Positions 18,654 through 28,187 of a stretch of DNA of 64,000 nt are shown here, in pieces (positions within the stretch are counted from its first letter, which is position 1; the number at the start of each line of letters is the position of its first letter). The notes beneath the pieces are model-generated. The model made no database searches. It saw only the letters and a program-made list of their open reading frames with translations, and was not told the DNA's origin. The stretch lies in contig CALWXB010000009.1 in assembly GCA_944385405.1 (NCBI GenBank), forward strand, positions 2,096 through 66,095, in the 5' to 3' direction. This stretch comes from an uncultured Oscillospiraceae bacterium. GTDB lineage: Bacteria > Bacillota > Clostridia > Oscillospirales > Oscillospiraceae. The position numbers and the translations under genes were made by a program.

Positions 18654-19595
18654 ATGGAAAAGCTCAACTACATTCTCAAGCGCATCCTGCAGATGATCCC
18701 CGTGCTGATCATCGGGATCCTGCTGGTGTTCGCCTTGGTCCGCTTCCTGCCCGGCGACACCGCCACCGCCATCCTGGGCGACAAGGCCCGGCCGGAGGTG
18801 CTGGCGGCCTACCGGGAGAAGATGGGCCTCAATGACTCCATCTTCAAGCAGTTTATTGTCTACTGCCAGAGCCTTGTGCGGCTGGATCTGGGGGATTCCA
18901 CCCAGTACAACATGCCGGTGGCCACGCTGCTGGCCAGCCGCATGAAGGTCACGGTGCTGCTGACGCTGATGGCTACGGCCATGACGGTGGTCATCGGATT
19001 GCCCCTGGGCTACCTCTCCGGCATCCGGAAGGACCGCCTCACGGACCAGGGCATCCGCTCCTTCGCCCTGCTGGGACTGTCCCTGCCCACGTTCTGGGTG
19101 GGACTGATGCTGATGCTGATCTTCGGCGTGCAGCTGCGCTGGTTCTCCATCTCCGGCTGGGGCGAGACGTGGATCGACCACGTCAAGGGACTGTTCCTCC
19201 CGGCGCTGACGGAGGCCATCTTTGCCGCCTCCGTCATCATCCGCAACGTCCGCAACAACGTGGTGGACGTCCGGGGCCAGGACTACGTGGACTTTGCCAG
19301 GTGCAAGGGCCTGGGCGGCTTCCGGGTGGGCTGCATGCACGTGCTGCGCAACGCCATGATCCCCACCGCCACGCTGCTGTCCATCCGGATCATCTCCATG
19401 CTGGGCGGCACGGTGATCGTGGAGAACATCTACTCCCTCCAGGGCATGGGCGCGCTGCTGGTGGGCGCTGTGAGCAGCCGTGACTATGCCGTGGTGCAGG
19501 GCGCCGTGCTGGCGTTCATCCTGGTGGTGCTGGCCATCAATCTGCTGACGGATATCCTGTACTCTGTGCTGGATCCCCGGATCGCGCTGAAGTAA
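18654..19595 (+). CDS. Peptide ABC permease (DppB-like)
   Basis: LPGD, DLGDS, DYVDFARCKGL (EAA loop), HVLRNAMIP. Confidence 0.93.
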   Translation: MEKLNYILKRILQMIPVLIIGILLVFALVRFLPGDTATAILGDKARPEVLAAYREKMGLNDSIFKQFIVYCQSLVRLDLGDSTQYNMPVATLLASRMKVTVLLTLMATAMTVVIGLPLGYLSGIRKDRLTDQGIRSFALLGLSLPTFWVGLMLMLIFGVQLRWFSISGWGETWIDHVKGLFLPALTEAIFAASVIIRNVRNNVVDVRGQDYVDFARCKGLGGFRVGCMHVLRNAMIPTATLLSIRIISMLGGTVIVENIYSLQGMGALLVGAVSSRDYAVVQGAVLAFILVVLAINLLTDILYSVLDPRIALK

Positions 19596-19608
19596 GGGGG
19601 GAAGGGAT

Positions 19609-20463
19609 ATGAAAGTGAAAGTGACCGCCCGGGGCGGCGTCCGCCGCCTGAGCCTGTGGCAGCGCAGCCCCTCCCTGGTGATGGGCCTGGTGATCGTGGC
19701 CGTGGCAGTGTTCGTGGCTGTGTTCCCCCAGCTGCTCACCTCCGCGGACCCCTATGCCTCCGATCAGGCCGCCATGCTGCTGGGCCCCTCGGCCCAGCAC
19801 TGGTTCGGCACCGACAACTACGGCCGGGACCTCTTTTCCCGTGTGGTGTACGGCACCCGCATCGACCTGCTCATCGGCTTGGGCTGCGTGGCGGTGCCCT
19901 TCGTGTTCGGCTCCCTCCTGGGGCTCATCGCCGGCTACTACGGCGGCAAGGTGGACGCCATCATCATGCGGGTGCTGGATGTGTTCATGGCCTTCCCGTT
20001 TTTGATCATGGTCATCGCCATCGTGGCCATTCTGGGGCCGGGCACCCGGAACCTGCTCATCGCCATGTGGATCGTGGGATGGAAGGAGTACACCCGGCTG
20101 ATCCGCAGCGAGGTGCTGGTGGCCAAGCAGTCTGAGTACGTCCAGTCCGCCCGGACCATGGGCTATTCGGACCTGCGGATCATGCTGCGCCACATCCTGC
20201 CCAACGTCATCAGCTCCGCCATCGTCTATGCCGCCTCCGACATCGTCATGTGCATGGGCACCGCCGCCTCCCTGAGCTATCTGGGCATCGGCGTGGAGCC
20301 CACCACGCCGGAGTGGGGCGCCATCATCAACGGCGGCAAGAGCTTCATCAACAGCGCCTGGTGGATCACCGTCATTCCCGGCGCGGTCCTGGCCGTGGTG
20401 GGCTGGGGCTTCAGCATGCTGGGCGACGGACTGTCCGACCTGCTGCGGGCGGATACCCACTGA
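19609..20463 (+). CDS. Peptide ABC permease (DppC-like)
   Basis: HWFGTDNYGRDLFSRVVYG, HILPN, PEWG. Confidence 0.93.
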   Translation: MKVKVTARGGVRRLSLWQRSPSLVMGLVIVAVAVFVAVFPQLLTSADPYASDQAAMLLGPSAQHWFGTDNYGRDLFSRVVYGTRIDLLIGLGCVAVPFVFGSLLGLIAGYYGGKVDAIIMRVLDVFMAFPFLIMVIAIVAILGPGTRNLLIAMWIVGWKEYTRLIRSEVLVAKQSEYVQSARTMGYSDLRIMLRHILPNVISSAIVYAASDIVMCMGTAASLSYLGIGVEPTTPEWGAIINGGKSFINSAWWITVIPGAVLAVVGWGFSMLGDGLSDLLRADTH

Positions 20464-20474
20464 GGAGGGCCGAT

Positions 20475-21446
20475 ATGGACAACATTCTGGAAGTCGAACA
20501 TCTGAAGATGTACTACTGCGGCAAGGTCGAGACGGTCCGGGCCGTGGACGACGTCTCTTTCCATGTGGAGCGGGGGGAGACCTTCGGCATCGTGGGCGAA
20601 TCCGGCTGCGGCAAGTCCACGGTGTGCAAGTCCCTGGTGAAGATGATGCCCCCGCCGGGCCGGATCGTGGACGGCAGCGTCCGCTACAACGGCCGGGAGC
20701 TCACCACCCTTTCCGAAGGGCAGATGCGCGCCGTCCGGGGCGGGGAGATCGGCATGATCTTCCAGGACCCCATGACCGCGCTGAACCCTGTGATGAAGAT
20801 CAAGGACCAGATCTACGAGTCCCTGCGCCGCCAGAAGCTGAGCAAGAAGGAGATGTACGCCCGGGGCGTGGAGCTTTTGCGCCTGGTGGACATCCCCGAG
20901 CCGGAGAAGCGGATGGAGGAATACGTCCATCAGTTCAGCGGCGGCATGCGTCAGCGGGTGATGATCGCCATCACCCTGGCGGCCAATCCCAAGCTGCTCA
21001 TCGCCGACGAGCCCACCACCGCCCTGGACGTTACCATCCAGGACCAGATCATCCGCCTCATCGGCCGGCTCAAGGAGGAGCTGGGCATGAGCGTCATCAT
21101 CATCACCCACGATCTGGGCGTGGTGAACGAGATGTGCGACCGTGTGGTGGTGATGTACGCCGGCCACATCGTGGAGCAGGCGGAGACCCGGGAGCTGTTC
21201 GACCACCCCATGCACCCCTATACCCAGGGCCTGATCCGCTCCCTGCCCCGGGCGGAGGGCCGGGAGAAGCTGGAGCCCATCCCCGGCGCGCCGCCCAACC
21301 TGGCCGCGGAGATCCCGGGCTGCCCCTTTGCGGACCGGTGCGCCCGGTGCACGCCCGCCTGCCGGGAGGCGCTGCCGCCCCTGCGGGAGGTGCGGCCCGG
21401 TCATCTGTCCGCCTGTGTGCACGATGATTTGGAGGTGTCCGTATGA
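20475..21446 (+). CDS. Peptide ABC ATP-binding protein (DppD-like)
   Basis: [25 protein letters not shown]-terminal GCPF..RC; GGAGG RBS. Confidence 0.93.
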   Translation: MDNILEVEHLKMYYCGKVETVRAVDDVSFHVERGETFGIVGESGCGKSTVCKSLVKMMPPPGRIVDGSVRYNGRELTTLSEGQMRAVRGGEIGMIFQDPMTALNPVMKIKDQIYESLRRQKLSKKEMYARGVELLRLVDIPEPEKRMEEYVHQFSGGMRQRVMIAITLAANPKLLIADEPTTALDVTIQDQIIRLIGRLKEELGMSVIIITHDLGVVNEMCDRVVVMYAGHIVEQAETRELFDHPMHPYTQGLIRSLPRAEGREKLEPIPGAPPNLAAEIPGCPFADRCARCTPACREALPPLREVRPGHLSACVHDDLEVSV

Positions 21447-22444
21447 GCAACACGCCCCTGCTGCGGCTGGAGAATGTCTCCACCCGCTTTGCCATCCCCC
21501 AGGGGATCCTGGACGCCGTCCGGAAAAAGCCCAAGCAGTACCTCACCGCCGTGGACCAGGTGACGCTGGACGTGGAGAGTGGCGACACGCTGGGCCTGGT
21601 GGGGGAGTCCGGCTGCGGCAAGTCCACCCTGGCCAAGACCGTTATCGGACTTTATCAGCCCACCTCCGGGCGCATCCTCTTCCAGGGGGAGGACCTGGCC
21701 GCCATGACCCGGCAGCAGCGCCGGGCGCGCAGCGGCGACATCCAGATGGTCTTTCAGGACCCCTACTCCTCTCTGAACCCCCGGATGACCGTCCGGCAGG
21801 TGCTGCAGGAGGAGCTGCGGGTGCATGATATGTGCCCGCCGGAGGAGATGGACCGGCGCATCGTGGAGCTTTTGGAGATGGTGGGACTGACGGAGCAGCA
21901 GGCGGACCGCCTGCCCAGCGCCTTCTCCGGCGGCCAGCGCCAGCGCATCGGCATCGCCCGTGCCCTGGCGCTGAACCCCAAGATCATCATCGCCGACGAG
22001 CCCGTCAGCGCCCTGGACGTGTCCATCCAGGCCCAGGTCATCAACCTGCTCATCGAGCTGCAGCAGAAGCTGGGGCTGACGGTGCTGTTCATCTCCCACG
22101 ATCTGCAGGTGGTCCGCTACATCAGCAACCGCGTGGCGGTGATGTACCTGGGCCGCACCATGGAGCTGGGGGAGACAGATCCCCTCTTCGCCCATCCCCT
22201 CCACCCCTATACCGATATCCTGCTGAAGGCGGCGCCCCGGATGACGGCGGAGGCCCGGCAGAAAAAGACCGCCGCCATCCACGGCGATCTGCCCAGCCCC
22301 ATCCATCTGCCCACCGGCTGCCGCTTCCACCCCCGCTGCCCCTACGCCACGGACCTGTGCCGCCAGACGGAGCCGGAGCTGCGGGAGGTGTGCCCCGGCC
22401 GCTTCTGCGCCTGCCACCATCCGCTGGAAGGAGGCGGGGTGTGA
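21443..22444 (+). CDS. Peptide ABC ATP-binding protein (DppF-like)
   Basis: [32 protein letters not shown]. Confidence 0.93.
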   Translation: MSNTPLLRLENVSTRFAIPQGILDAVRKKPKQYLTAVDQVTLDVESGDTLGLVGESGCGKSTLAKTVIGLYQPTSGRILFQGEDLAAMTRQQRRARSGDIQMVFQDPYSSLNPRMTVRQVLQEELRVHDMCPPEEMDRRIVELLEMVGLTEQQADRLPSAFSGGQRQRIGIARALALNPKIIIADEPVSALDVSIQAQVINLLIELQQKLGLTVLFISHDLQVVRYISNRVAVMYLGRTMELGETDPLFAHPLHPYTDILLKAAPRMTAEARQKKTAAIHGDLPSPIHLPTGCRFHPRCPYATDLCRQTEPELREVCPGRFCACHHPLEGGGV

Positions 22445-23556
22445 TGGACGCATCCTTTACCCTGCTGCGGAACGCGGAGGTGTACGCGCCGGAGCCGCTG
22501 GGCCGGGTGGACATCCTGCTGGGCGGCGGCCATGTGCTGGCCATGGGGCCCGGGCTGGAGCCGGGACTGCCGGACGTGCGGGAGATCGACGCCTCCGGAC
22601 GGCTGGCCCTGCCGGGGCTGGTGGACCAGCACGTCCACATCACCGGCGGCGGCGGAGAGCGGGGCTTTTCCAGCCGCGTGCCGGAGCTGGCGGCGGCAGA
22701 CCTCCTCAGCTGCGGCGTCACCACGGTGGTGGGCCTTCTGGGGACGGACAGCATCACCCGCTCCGTGCAGTCCCTGGTGGCCAAGACCAAGTCGCTGAAG
22801 GAGGAGGGGCTCACCGCCTACTGCCTCACCGGCGCCTATGATCTGCCCAGTCCCACCGTCACCGGCTCCGTGAAAGACGACATCGCCTTCATCGCGGAGG
22901 TGCTGGGGGTGAAGGTGGCCCTTTCCGACCACCGCTGCGCCCAGCCCACGGAGGAGGAGCTGACCCGGCTGGCGGCCCATGCCCGGCTGGGCGGGCTCAC
23001 CGCCGGAAAGCCCGGCGTGGTCCACATCCACACCGGCGCGGGGAAGCGGGGCCTGGGGATGGTGTTCGACATCCTGGCCCACAGCGATCTGCCGGTGCTG
23101 CAGTTCCGTCCCACCCATGTGGAGAACGTGCCGGAGGACGCGGTGCGGTTTGCCCGGCTGGGCGGACGCATCGACTTCACTGCCGATGACGACCCCGAGC
23201 TCACCGCCGGACAGCTGCTGCGCGCCCGGGAGGCAGGCGCCCCCTGGGAGCAGATCACCATGAGCTCCGACGCCGGCGGCAGCATCCCCGTGTGGAACGA
23301 ACGCCGGGAGATGATCGGCATGGGCGTGGGACGGCCGGATACCTTGCTGAAGGTGGTCCGGGCCCTTTCCCAGAGCCACGGCATGCCGTTGGAGACTGCG
23401 CTGGGGCTCATCACCACCGCTCCGGCGGAAGGGCTGGGCCTTGCCGGCAAGGGACGGCTGGCCCCCGGCGGAGATGGGGACGTGCTGCTGACCGACCGGG
23501 ATCTGCGGCCGGTGCAGGTGTTTGCCGGCGGGCGGTGCCTGTGGCAGGCGGAGTGA
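22444..23556 (+). CDS. iadA: Isoaspartyl dipeptidase (beta-aspartyl peptidase)
   Basis: DQHVHITGGGGE.GF.SR.PE, VGLLGTD, TGAY, VKVALSDHR, PTH, SSDAGGS. Confidence 0.9.
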   Translation: MDASFTLLRNAEVYAPEPLGRVDILLGGGHVLAMGPGLEPGLPDVREIDASGRLALPGLVDQHVHITGGGGERGFSSRVPELAAADLLSCGVTTVVGLLGTDSITRSVQSLVAKTKSLKEEGLTAYCLTGAYDLPSPTVTGSVKDDIAFIAEVLGVKVALSDHRCAQPTEEELTRLAAHARLGGLTAGKPGVVHIHTGAGKRGLGMVFDILAHSDLPVLQFRPTHVENVPEDAVRFARLGGRIDFTADDDPELTAGQLLRAREAGAPWEQITMSSDAGGSIPVWNERREMIGMGVGRPDTLLKVVRALSQSHGMPLETALGLITTAPAEGLGLAGKGRLAPGGDGDVLLTDRDLRPVQVFAGGRCLWQAE

Positions 23557-23576
23557 ACCCAAGACCGGATTATGAC

Positions 23577-23617
23577 AAGAGGACCGGAAAGGATAGTTCC
23601 TTTCCGGTCCTCTTTTT
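23577..23617. terminator. Intrinsic terminator between convergent iadA and phnE
   Basis: aagaggaccggaaagga...tcctttccggtcctcttttt. Confidence 0.8.
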
Positions 23618-23631
23618 GCAGCCTGCGCGCC

Positions 23632-25170
23632 TTAGCCCAGACGGGCCCGCATCCGGGCGGAGACAGCGTCCACCAGCCACGCCAGCAGCACCAGCCCCAG
23701 GGCCAGGGCGGAGGCCTTGTCCCAGGCGTACTGATTCATGGCGAACACCAGCGGCGCGCCGATGCCGCCCGCCCCCACCAGTCCCAGTACGGAGGCCTCC
23801 CGGATGTTCACATCGAAGCGGTAGAGCACGGCGGAGGCGAAGGGCGCCCGGAGCTGGGGGAGCAGGCCCCGGGCCAGCCGGGGCAGCCAGGATGTGCCCA
23901 TGGCCTCCAGGGCCTGCCGCGGCCGGGGGTCCGCGGCGTCGATGGCCTGGGCAAAGCGCTTGCACAAAAGCCCCACGGAGCACATGGCCAGCGTCAGCAC
24001 CCCGGCAAAGGAGCCGGGGCCGGTCACCCGGATGAAGATGAGCCCATAGATCAAAAAGGGCACGGTGCGGATGGCCAGCACAGCCAGATTCACCGCGGCG
24101 GCCAGAGGCCGGGGCACCAGCCGGGGCGCGGCGAAGAACACCATGGCCAGGGATACCGCTGCGCCGGCACAGGTCCCGGCAAAGGCGATGGCTACTGTCT
24201 CCAGCAGGAGATACCACACGCCGTCGCCGCCCAGGGTGGCAAACAGGCTCCAGTCCGGGTGGAGGAGGCCGGAGACCATGCTCCGCAGCAGGGCGGGGCT
24301 GGTGTGGGAGAGGTCCGGCGGCTGGAGGGTCACGGTGCACAAAAGCACGGCCCCGGCCAGGGCGGCTGTGAGGAGCCGCCGGGCACCGGGAGACAGAAGG
24401 CGCTCCCCCCGCACCACGGCGGAGAGAAAAGCGCCCAGCCGCTCCATGAGGAATACCGCGGCAAACAGCAGCACCAGGATGGCCCCCACCTTGTCGTACT
24501 CCCGCCAGGAGACCTTCTCGTTGAGCAGCAGGCCGATGCCGCCGGCTCCCACATAGCCCAAGATGGCGCTGTGGCGGACGTTGGCCTCCAGCAGGTACAA
24601 AACGTTGGTCAAAAAAGCGGGCCGCACCGCCGGCATCAGAGCGCGGAAACAGGCCGACGGCACCGGGCTCCCCATGGCCAGCAGGGCGCGGAAGGGGGCG
24701 GCGGGGGCCGACTCCAGATCCTCATAGGTCAATCGGGTCATGATGGCAAAGGTATAGACCGTGATGGCGGCGGCACCGGAGAAGCTGGTGAGGCCGAAGA
24801 GGAATGTGGCGGGCAGGGCCAGGATCAGCGCCGGAAAGGAGCGCAGCACCTGGATGCAGCCCCGGGCCAGCTTTTTCAAGAGCCGGGGACCGGGCACGCT
24901 CCGGGCGCACAGCGGCGCCGCCAGCAGGGCCAGCAGAGCCCCCAGGGCCGTGCCGGTGACGGACATCTGAATGGTGGTGCCCAGCAGCGGCAGCGCCGTG
25001 GGGAAAAAGGCGGCGTCCGGCGGGAAGAGCCGGGAGACGATGTCCGTCAGGTGTCCGCCCCGCCGGACCAGCAGAGGAAGAGAGACCCCTGTCATGCGGC
25101 AGGCCAGCAGGAACAGCGCCGCCAGGACCAGCGCGGGGAGAAGGCGCCGCCGGCGCTCAGACGCTGCCAC
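23632..25170 (-). CDS. phnE: Phosphonate/phosphate-ester ABC permease, two fused PhnE domains
   Basis: Duplicated EANVRHSAILGYVGAGGIG / DVNIREASVLGLVGAGGIG; GTG start after GAGGAGG. Confidence 0.88.
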   Translation of the reverse strand: MAASERRRRLLPALVLAALFLLACRMTGVSLPLLVRRGGHLTDIVSRLFPPDAAFFPTALPLLGTTIQMSVTGTALGALLALLAAPLCARSVPGPRLLKKLARGCIQVLRSFPALILALPATFLFGLTSFSGAAAITVYTFAIMTRLTYEDLESAPAAPFRALLAMGSPVPSACFRALMPAVRPAFLTNVLYLLEANVRHSAILGYVGAGGIGLLLNEKVSWREYDKVGAILVLLFAAVFLMERLGAFLSAVVRGERLLSPGARRLLTAALAGAVLLCTVTLQPPDLSHTSPALLRSMVSGLLHPDWSLFATLGGDGVWYLLLETVAIAFAGTCAGAAVSLAMVFFAAPRLVPRPLAAAVNLAVLAIRTVPFLIYGLIFIRVTGPGSFAGVLTLAMCSVGLLCKRFAQAIDAADPRPRQALEAMGTSWLPRLARGLLPQLRAPFASAVLYRFDVNIREASVLGLVGAGGIGAPLVFAMNQYAWDKASALALGLVLLAWLVDAVSARMRARLG

Positions 25171-25918
25171 AGGCGCCCTCCTCTCCATAGACGGCCCGGA
25201 GGGCGGTGTCATCCAGGGCTTCAGGGGGACCGTCAAAGACCACCGCGCCGCCGTGGAGCCCCAGGAGGCGCTGGGAAAAAGCCCGGGCCAGCTCCAGGTT
25301 GTGGCTGTTCATCAAAATGGTGACGCCGGCCTCTCCCTGAATGTCCCGCAGCAGCTCCAGGATCTGCCGCCCGGTCACCGGGTCCAGGGACGCCACCGGC
25401 TCGTCCGCCAGCAGCAGGGCAGGGCGGCGCATCAGCGCCCGGGCGATGGCCACCCGCTGCTTCTGTCCCCCGGAGAGCTCCCGGACGCAGGCATCCCGCT
25501 TGTCCCCAAGGCCCACACGTTCCAAAAGGGCCTCCGCCTCCAGGCGCTGCTGTCGGGAAAAGATCCCCAGGGCGCCGGTCAGGGGATGCATGTCCGGCAG
25601 CGCCGCGTTGAGGACGTTTTGCAGGCAGTCCGCCTGCTCCACCAGGCAGAAGTCCTGATAGATGGTGCCGATGCCCTTTTGTACCGCCCGCTTCCGCCGT
25701 CCCCTGGCGGAGCCGAAGGGGATGCCCTGATAGAGCACCTCCCCGGCGGAGCAGCGCTCCATGCCGTTGAGGATGCGGAAGAGGGTGGTCTTTCCCGCGC
25801 CGGAGGGGCCGATGACAGAGAGGAAGGTCCCCTGCTCCAGAGAGAAGCTCACGTCCCGCAGGGCACGGGTGCCGGAGGGGTAGGTCTTGCCCACCCCCCG
25901 CAGTTCCAGCTGCGCCAT
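25157..25918 (-). CDS. phnC: Phosphonate ABC ATP-binding protein
   Basis: GPSGAGKTT, LSGGQKQRVAIARAL, DEPVASLDP, SHNLELA. Confidence 0.9.
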   Translation of the reverse strand: MAQLELRGVGKTYPSGTRALRDVSFSLEQGTFLSVIGPSGAGKTTLFRILNGMERCSAGEVLYQGIPFGSARGRRKRAVQKGIGTIYQDFCLVEQADCLQNVLNAALPDMHPLTGALGIFSRQQRLEAEALLERVGLGDKRDACVRELSGGQKQRVAIARALMRRPALLLADEPVASLDPVTGRQILELLRDIQGEAGVTILMNSHNLELARAFSQRLLGLHGGAVVFDGPPEALDDTALRAVYGEEGACGSV

Positions 25919-25941
25919 GTCAGATCCCTCGCTTTCCAGTC

Positions 25942-26982
25942 TTATGCCTCCAGCTCCTTCAAAAGAGCCTGGGCATCGCGCTCGCCGTCGTAATCGGAGT
26001 CCTGGCCCCACTGATAGCCCACCTGGCTGAATACGCTGATGATCTCCCGGCCCTCCTCGCTCTGGCCGATCTCGATGAAGGCCTCGCCCAGGGCGGTGCG
26101 GAACGCCTCGTCCTCCATCAGGGGAGAGATGCGGCTGTATGCGATCATGTCGTTGTAGATGCCCTCCGTGACGCCGATGACGGCAGTCTGGTCCACCATG
26201 GGTGCGGTGCCGCCGAAGCCCGTCTGCCACTGGTCGGCGTACTTGGTGCGCATGTGGGCGTAGCCCACCATGATGTCCACCTGACTGGAGGCCAGCCGGG
26301 CCAGGGAGGTGGTATAGGAGTCGGACTGGACCACGGAGTCCAGGTCGGCGATGGTCTTGCCGTACCGCTCCTGGAGCCACAGGCTGGGATAGATGTAGCC
26401 GGAGGCGGAGGTGGGGCCCATGACGGCCCAGGTGGCGCCGTTGAGGTCCTCCCACGTCAGCTCCTGACCGCTCATCACCTTGTCCGCCAGGCTCCGGCCG
26501 GTGTCGCTGGGGCCTGCCAGGAGGATGGAGCGGTAGTAGGTGCTCATCTCATCGGTGTTTTCCTCCACGGTGCCGTCGTTCCAGTCCGCGGGATCGTCGG
26601 AATCCTTGCTGATGGCGTAGCGCAGGGCGGTGAGCAGCACGTCGCACTCGTCGGAGAAGAGGACATAGTTGCCGCCGGAGATGAAGCCGATGTCGGCGCT
26701 GCCGGCGCTGAGGGCCTCGCCCACGGCGGTGTAGCTGGTGCCCACGCTCATCTCCACGTCGGATACGTCATATCCCTTTTCCAGGAGCTTTTCCTGCAGG
26801 AGCTGTTCCAGAGGCTCCGTGGCGGTGAGGATGGTGTCGGAATCGGCATAGGGGGAGAAGGCGATGGTCAGCCGCTCCACGGCCACGGGAGCGTCGGGGT
26901 CTGCCGTCTGGGGCGCGGCCTGCTGCGCGCCGCAGCCGGTGAGCAGGGCCAGGGCCAATGCCAGGGGGAAGAGGTGTTTCAT
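25942..26982 (-). CDS. phnD: Phosphate/phosphite/phosphonate ABC substrate-binding lipoprotein
   Basis: Lipobox LLTGC; YTAVGEAL...DIGF, YYRS, TSASGYIYP, IYND. Confidence 0.85.
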   Translation of the reverse strand: MKHLFPLALALALLTGCGAQQAAPQTADPDAPVAVERLTIAFSPYADSDTILTATEPLEQLLQEKLLEKGYDVSDVEMSVGTSYTAVGEALSAGSADIGFISGGNYVLFSDECDVLLTALRYAISKDSDDPADWNDGTVEENTDEMSTYYRSILLAGPSDTGRSLADKVMSGQELTWEDLNGATWAVMGPTSASGYIYPSLWLQERYGKTIADLDSVVQSDSYTTSLARLASSQVDIMVGYAHMRTKYADQWQTGFGGTAPMVDQTAVIGVTEGIYNDMIAYSRISPLMEDEAFRTALGEAFIEIGQSEEGREIISVFSQVGYQWGQDSDYDGERDAQALLKELEA

Positions 26983-27017
26983 GAAAAGGACTCCTTTCGA
27001 ATTTCCGCCGAAGACGC

Positions 27018-27231
27018 AAAAAAGGCATGTGCCACAGCACATGCCAAAACGGGCCTTCAAGCAGAGTGCTGTCTGACCGCGCGCATGTGCGGCCGATGGG
27101 GCGGTCGGTGCTCTCTGGCACCCTCTCAGCCCGGAACACGGGCTCCCTCGCAATCTGGTTTCAGTCCATAGTTATGCAGGATAGCTAGCGCAATGCCAGG
27201 GCGCTCCCCCTTTCATTGCTTCTCAAAACCG
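27018..27231 (-). ncRNA. Candidate riboswitch/attenuator in the phnD leader, with a TPP-like module and an intrinsic terminator
   Basis: GGGAGC-stem-GCTGAGAG-stem-CGACC at 27147-27103; terminator GGCATGTGC-tgtg-GCACATGCC-TTTTTT at 27045-27018; an alternative pairing segment at 27090-27083. Confidence 0.65.
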
Positions 27232-27237
27232 AGAATC

Positions 27238-27266
27238 ATTCTACTACCCTCTGCCGCAGATTGCAA
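27238..27266 (-). promoter_or_regulatory. Sigma-A promoter of the phnDCE operon
   Basis: TTGCAA-17-TAGAAT. Confidence 0.7.
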
Positions 27267-27306
27267 CCGGCGGCAGGGATTTTTGCAGGATTTTTTTTGA
27301 AGCGGC

Positions 27307-27345
27307 AAAAAAGCCCGGGACGTGCGGAGAAGGCACGTCCCGGGC
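27307..27345 (-). terminator. Intrinsic terminator after the GntR gene
   Basis: gcccgggacgtgc...gcacgtcccgggc followed by a T run on the minus strand. Confidence 0.75.
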
Positions 27346-27351
27346 CGGGGG

Positions 27352-28029
27352 TCATTCACAGAAGAAATCGTGGAATGCACCGGACTCCTGGGGAAGGGAT
27401 TCGATCTCCCCGCTGATGTGGGCGGGAACGAAGCGATAGATCCCGTCGTAGTCCCGTGCTTGGACCAGCTCCCGCAGCTGACGGTGTTCCTGCAGCTTCC
27501 GGATGCAGGTGCTGGGAAGGGAATAGCTGAGCTTCCGGTAGCGGATATAGTCGAACTGCATGGTCTCCATGGTGGTCCACAGCTTCTGCTTTTTCGTGAA
27601 CTCATAAAAGAGCTTGTGGTATTGATTGCTGACTGCAAAAAAGGCGTTGGCAGACGGCCCTTTGTCCACCTCTGCCTGCTGCTGCTGGAGATTTTCGTCC
27701 AGCTCTGCCAGAAATTCAGGCGTCCATTTTTCGGCGGCCTCGGTGTAGATGGCGCGCTCCAGATGGATCCGCAGGAAAATGACCTGCTGGATGGCCTCCA
27801 CGTCGATCAGCGAGACAAAGGTGCCCCGCTGGGGAAAGATATTGATCAGGCCATCGCTTTTCAGCCGCATGAAGGCACTGTGCACAGGCGTGCGGGAGAT
27901 GTTGAAGCGGTGGGCCAATTCATTTTCGCTGACTTTCTGGCCGGGAAGCAGATGCAGCGACAGGATCTCCTCTTTCAAAAGCTGATAGATCTCCTCTGAC
28001 GAGTAGCGCGATATTTCATATTTTCCCAT
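27352..28029 (-). CDS. GntR/FadR-family regulator (FCD domain)
   Basis: PGQKVSENELAHRFNISRTPV, PQRGTFVS, EH motif in the C-terminal domain. Confidence 0.92.
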   Translation of the reverse strand: MGKYEISRYSSEEIYQLLKEEILSLHLLPGQKVSENELAHRFNISRTPVHSAFMRLKSDGLINIFPQRGTFVSLIDVEAIQQVIFLRIHLERAIYTEAAEKWTPEFLAELDENLQQQQAEVDKGPSANAFFAVSNQYHKLFYEFTKKQKLWTTMETMQFDYIRYRKLSYSLPSTCIRKLQEHRQLRELVQARDYDGIYRFVPAHISGEIESLPQESGAFHDFFCE

Positions 28030-28187
28030 AGAGTTTCCTCTCTAAAAGGCAGCAAGCCGTATTTCCCCCTATTTTAACATACAATTTAGGAAACACAAGA
28101 AAAAATAGCCATAATAGGAAAATAAAGGTATTTGGACCTGCTGCGGAGGATGGGAGACGGGGCTGCCGCGAGGGGGCGGCGGACCGG

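Noticed and set aside
27103-27147. Canonical TPP riboswitch or T-box call for the phnD leader
   Set aside because: The CCTGAT...TAAT...AGGGA arm does not follow the GACC as in canonical TPP, and there is no GGTGG.ACC T-box antiterminator bulge. Reported as a variant candidate instead.
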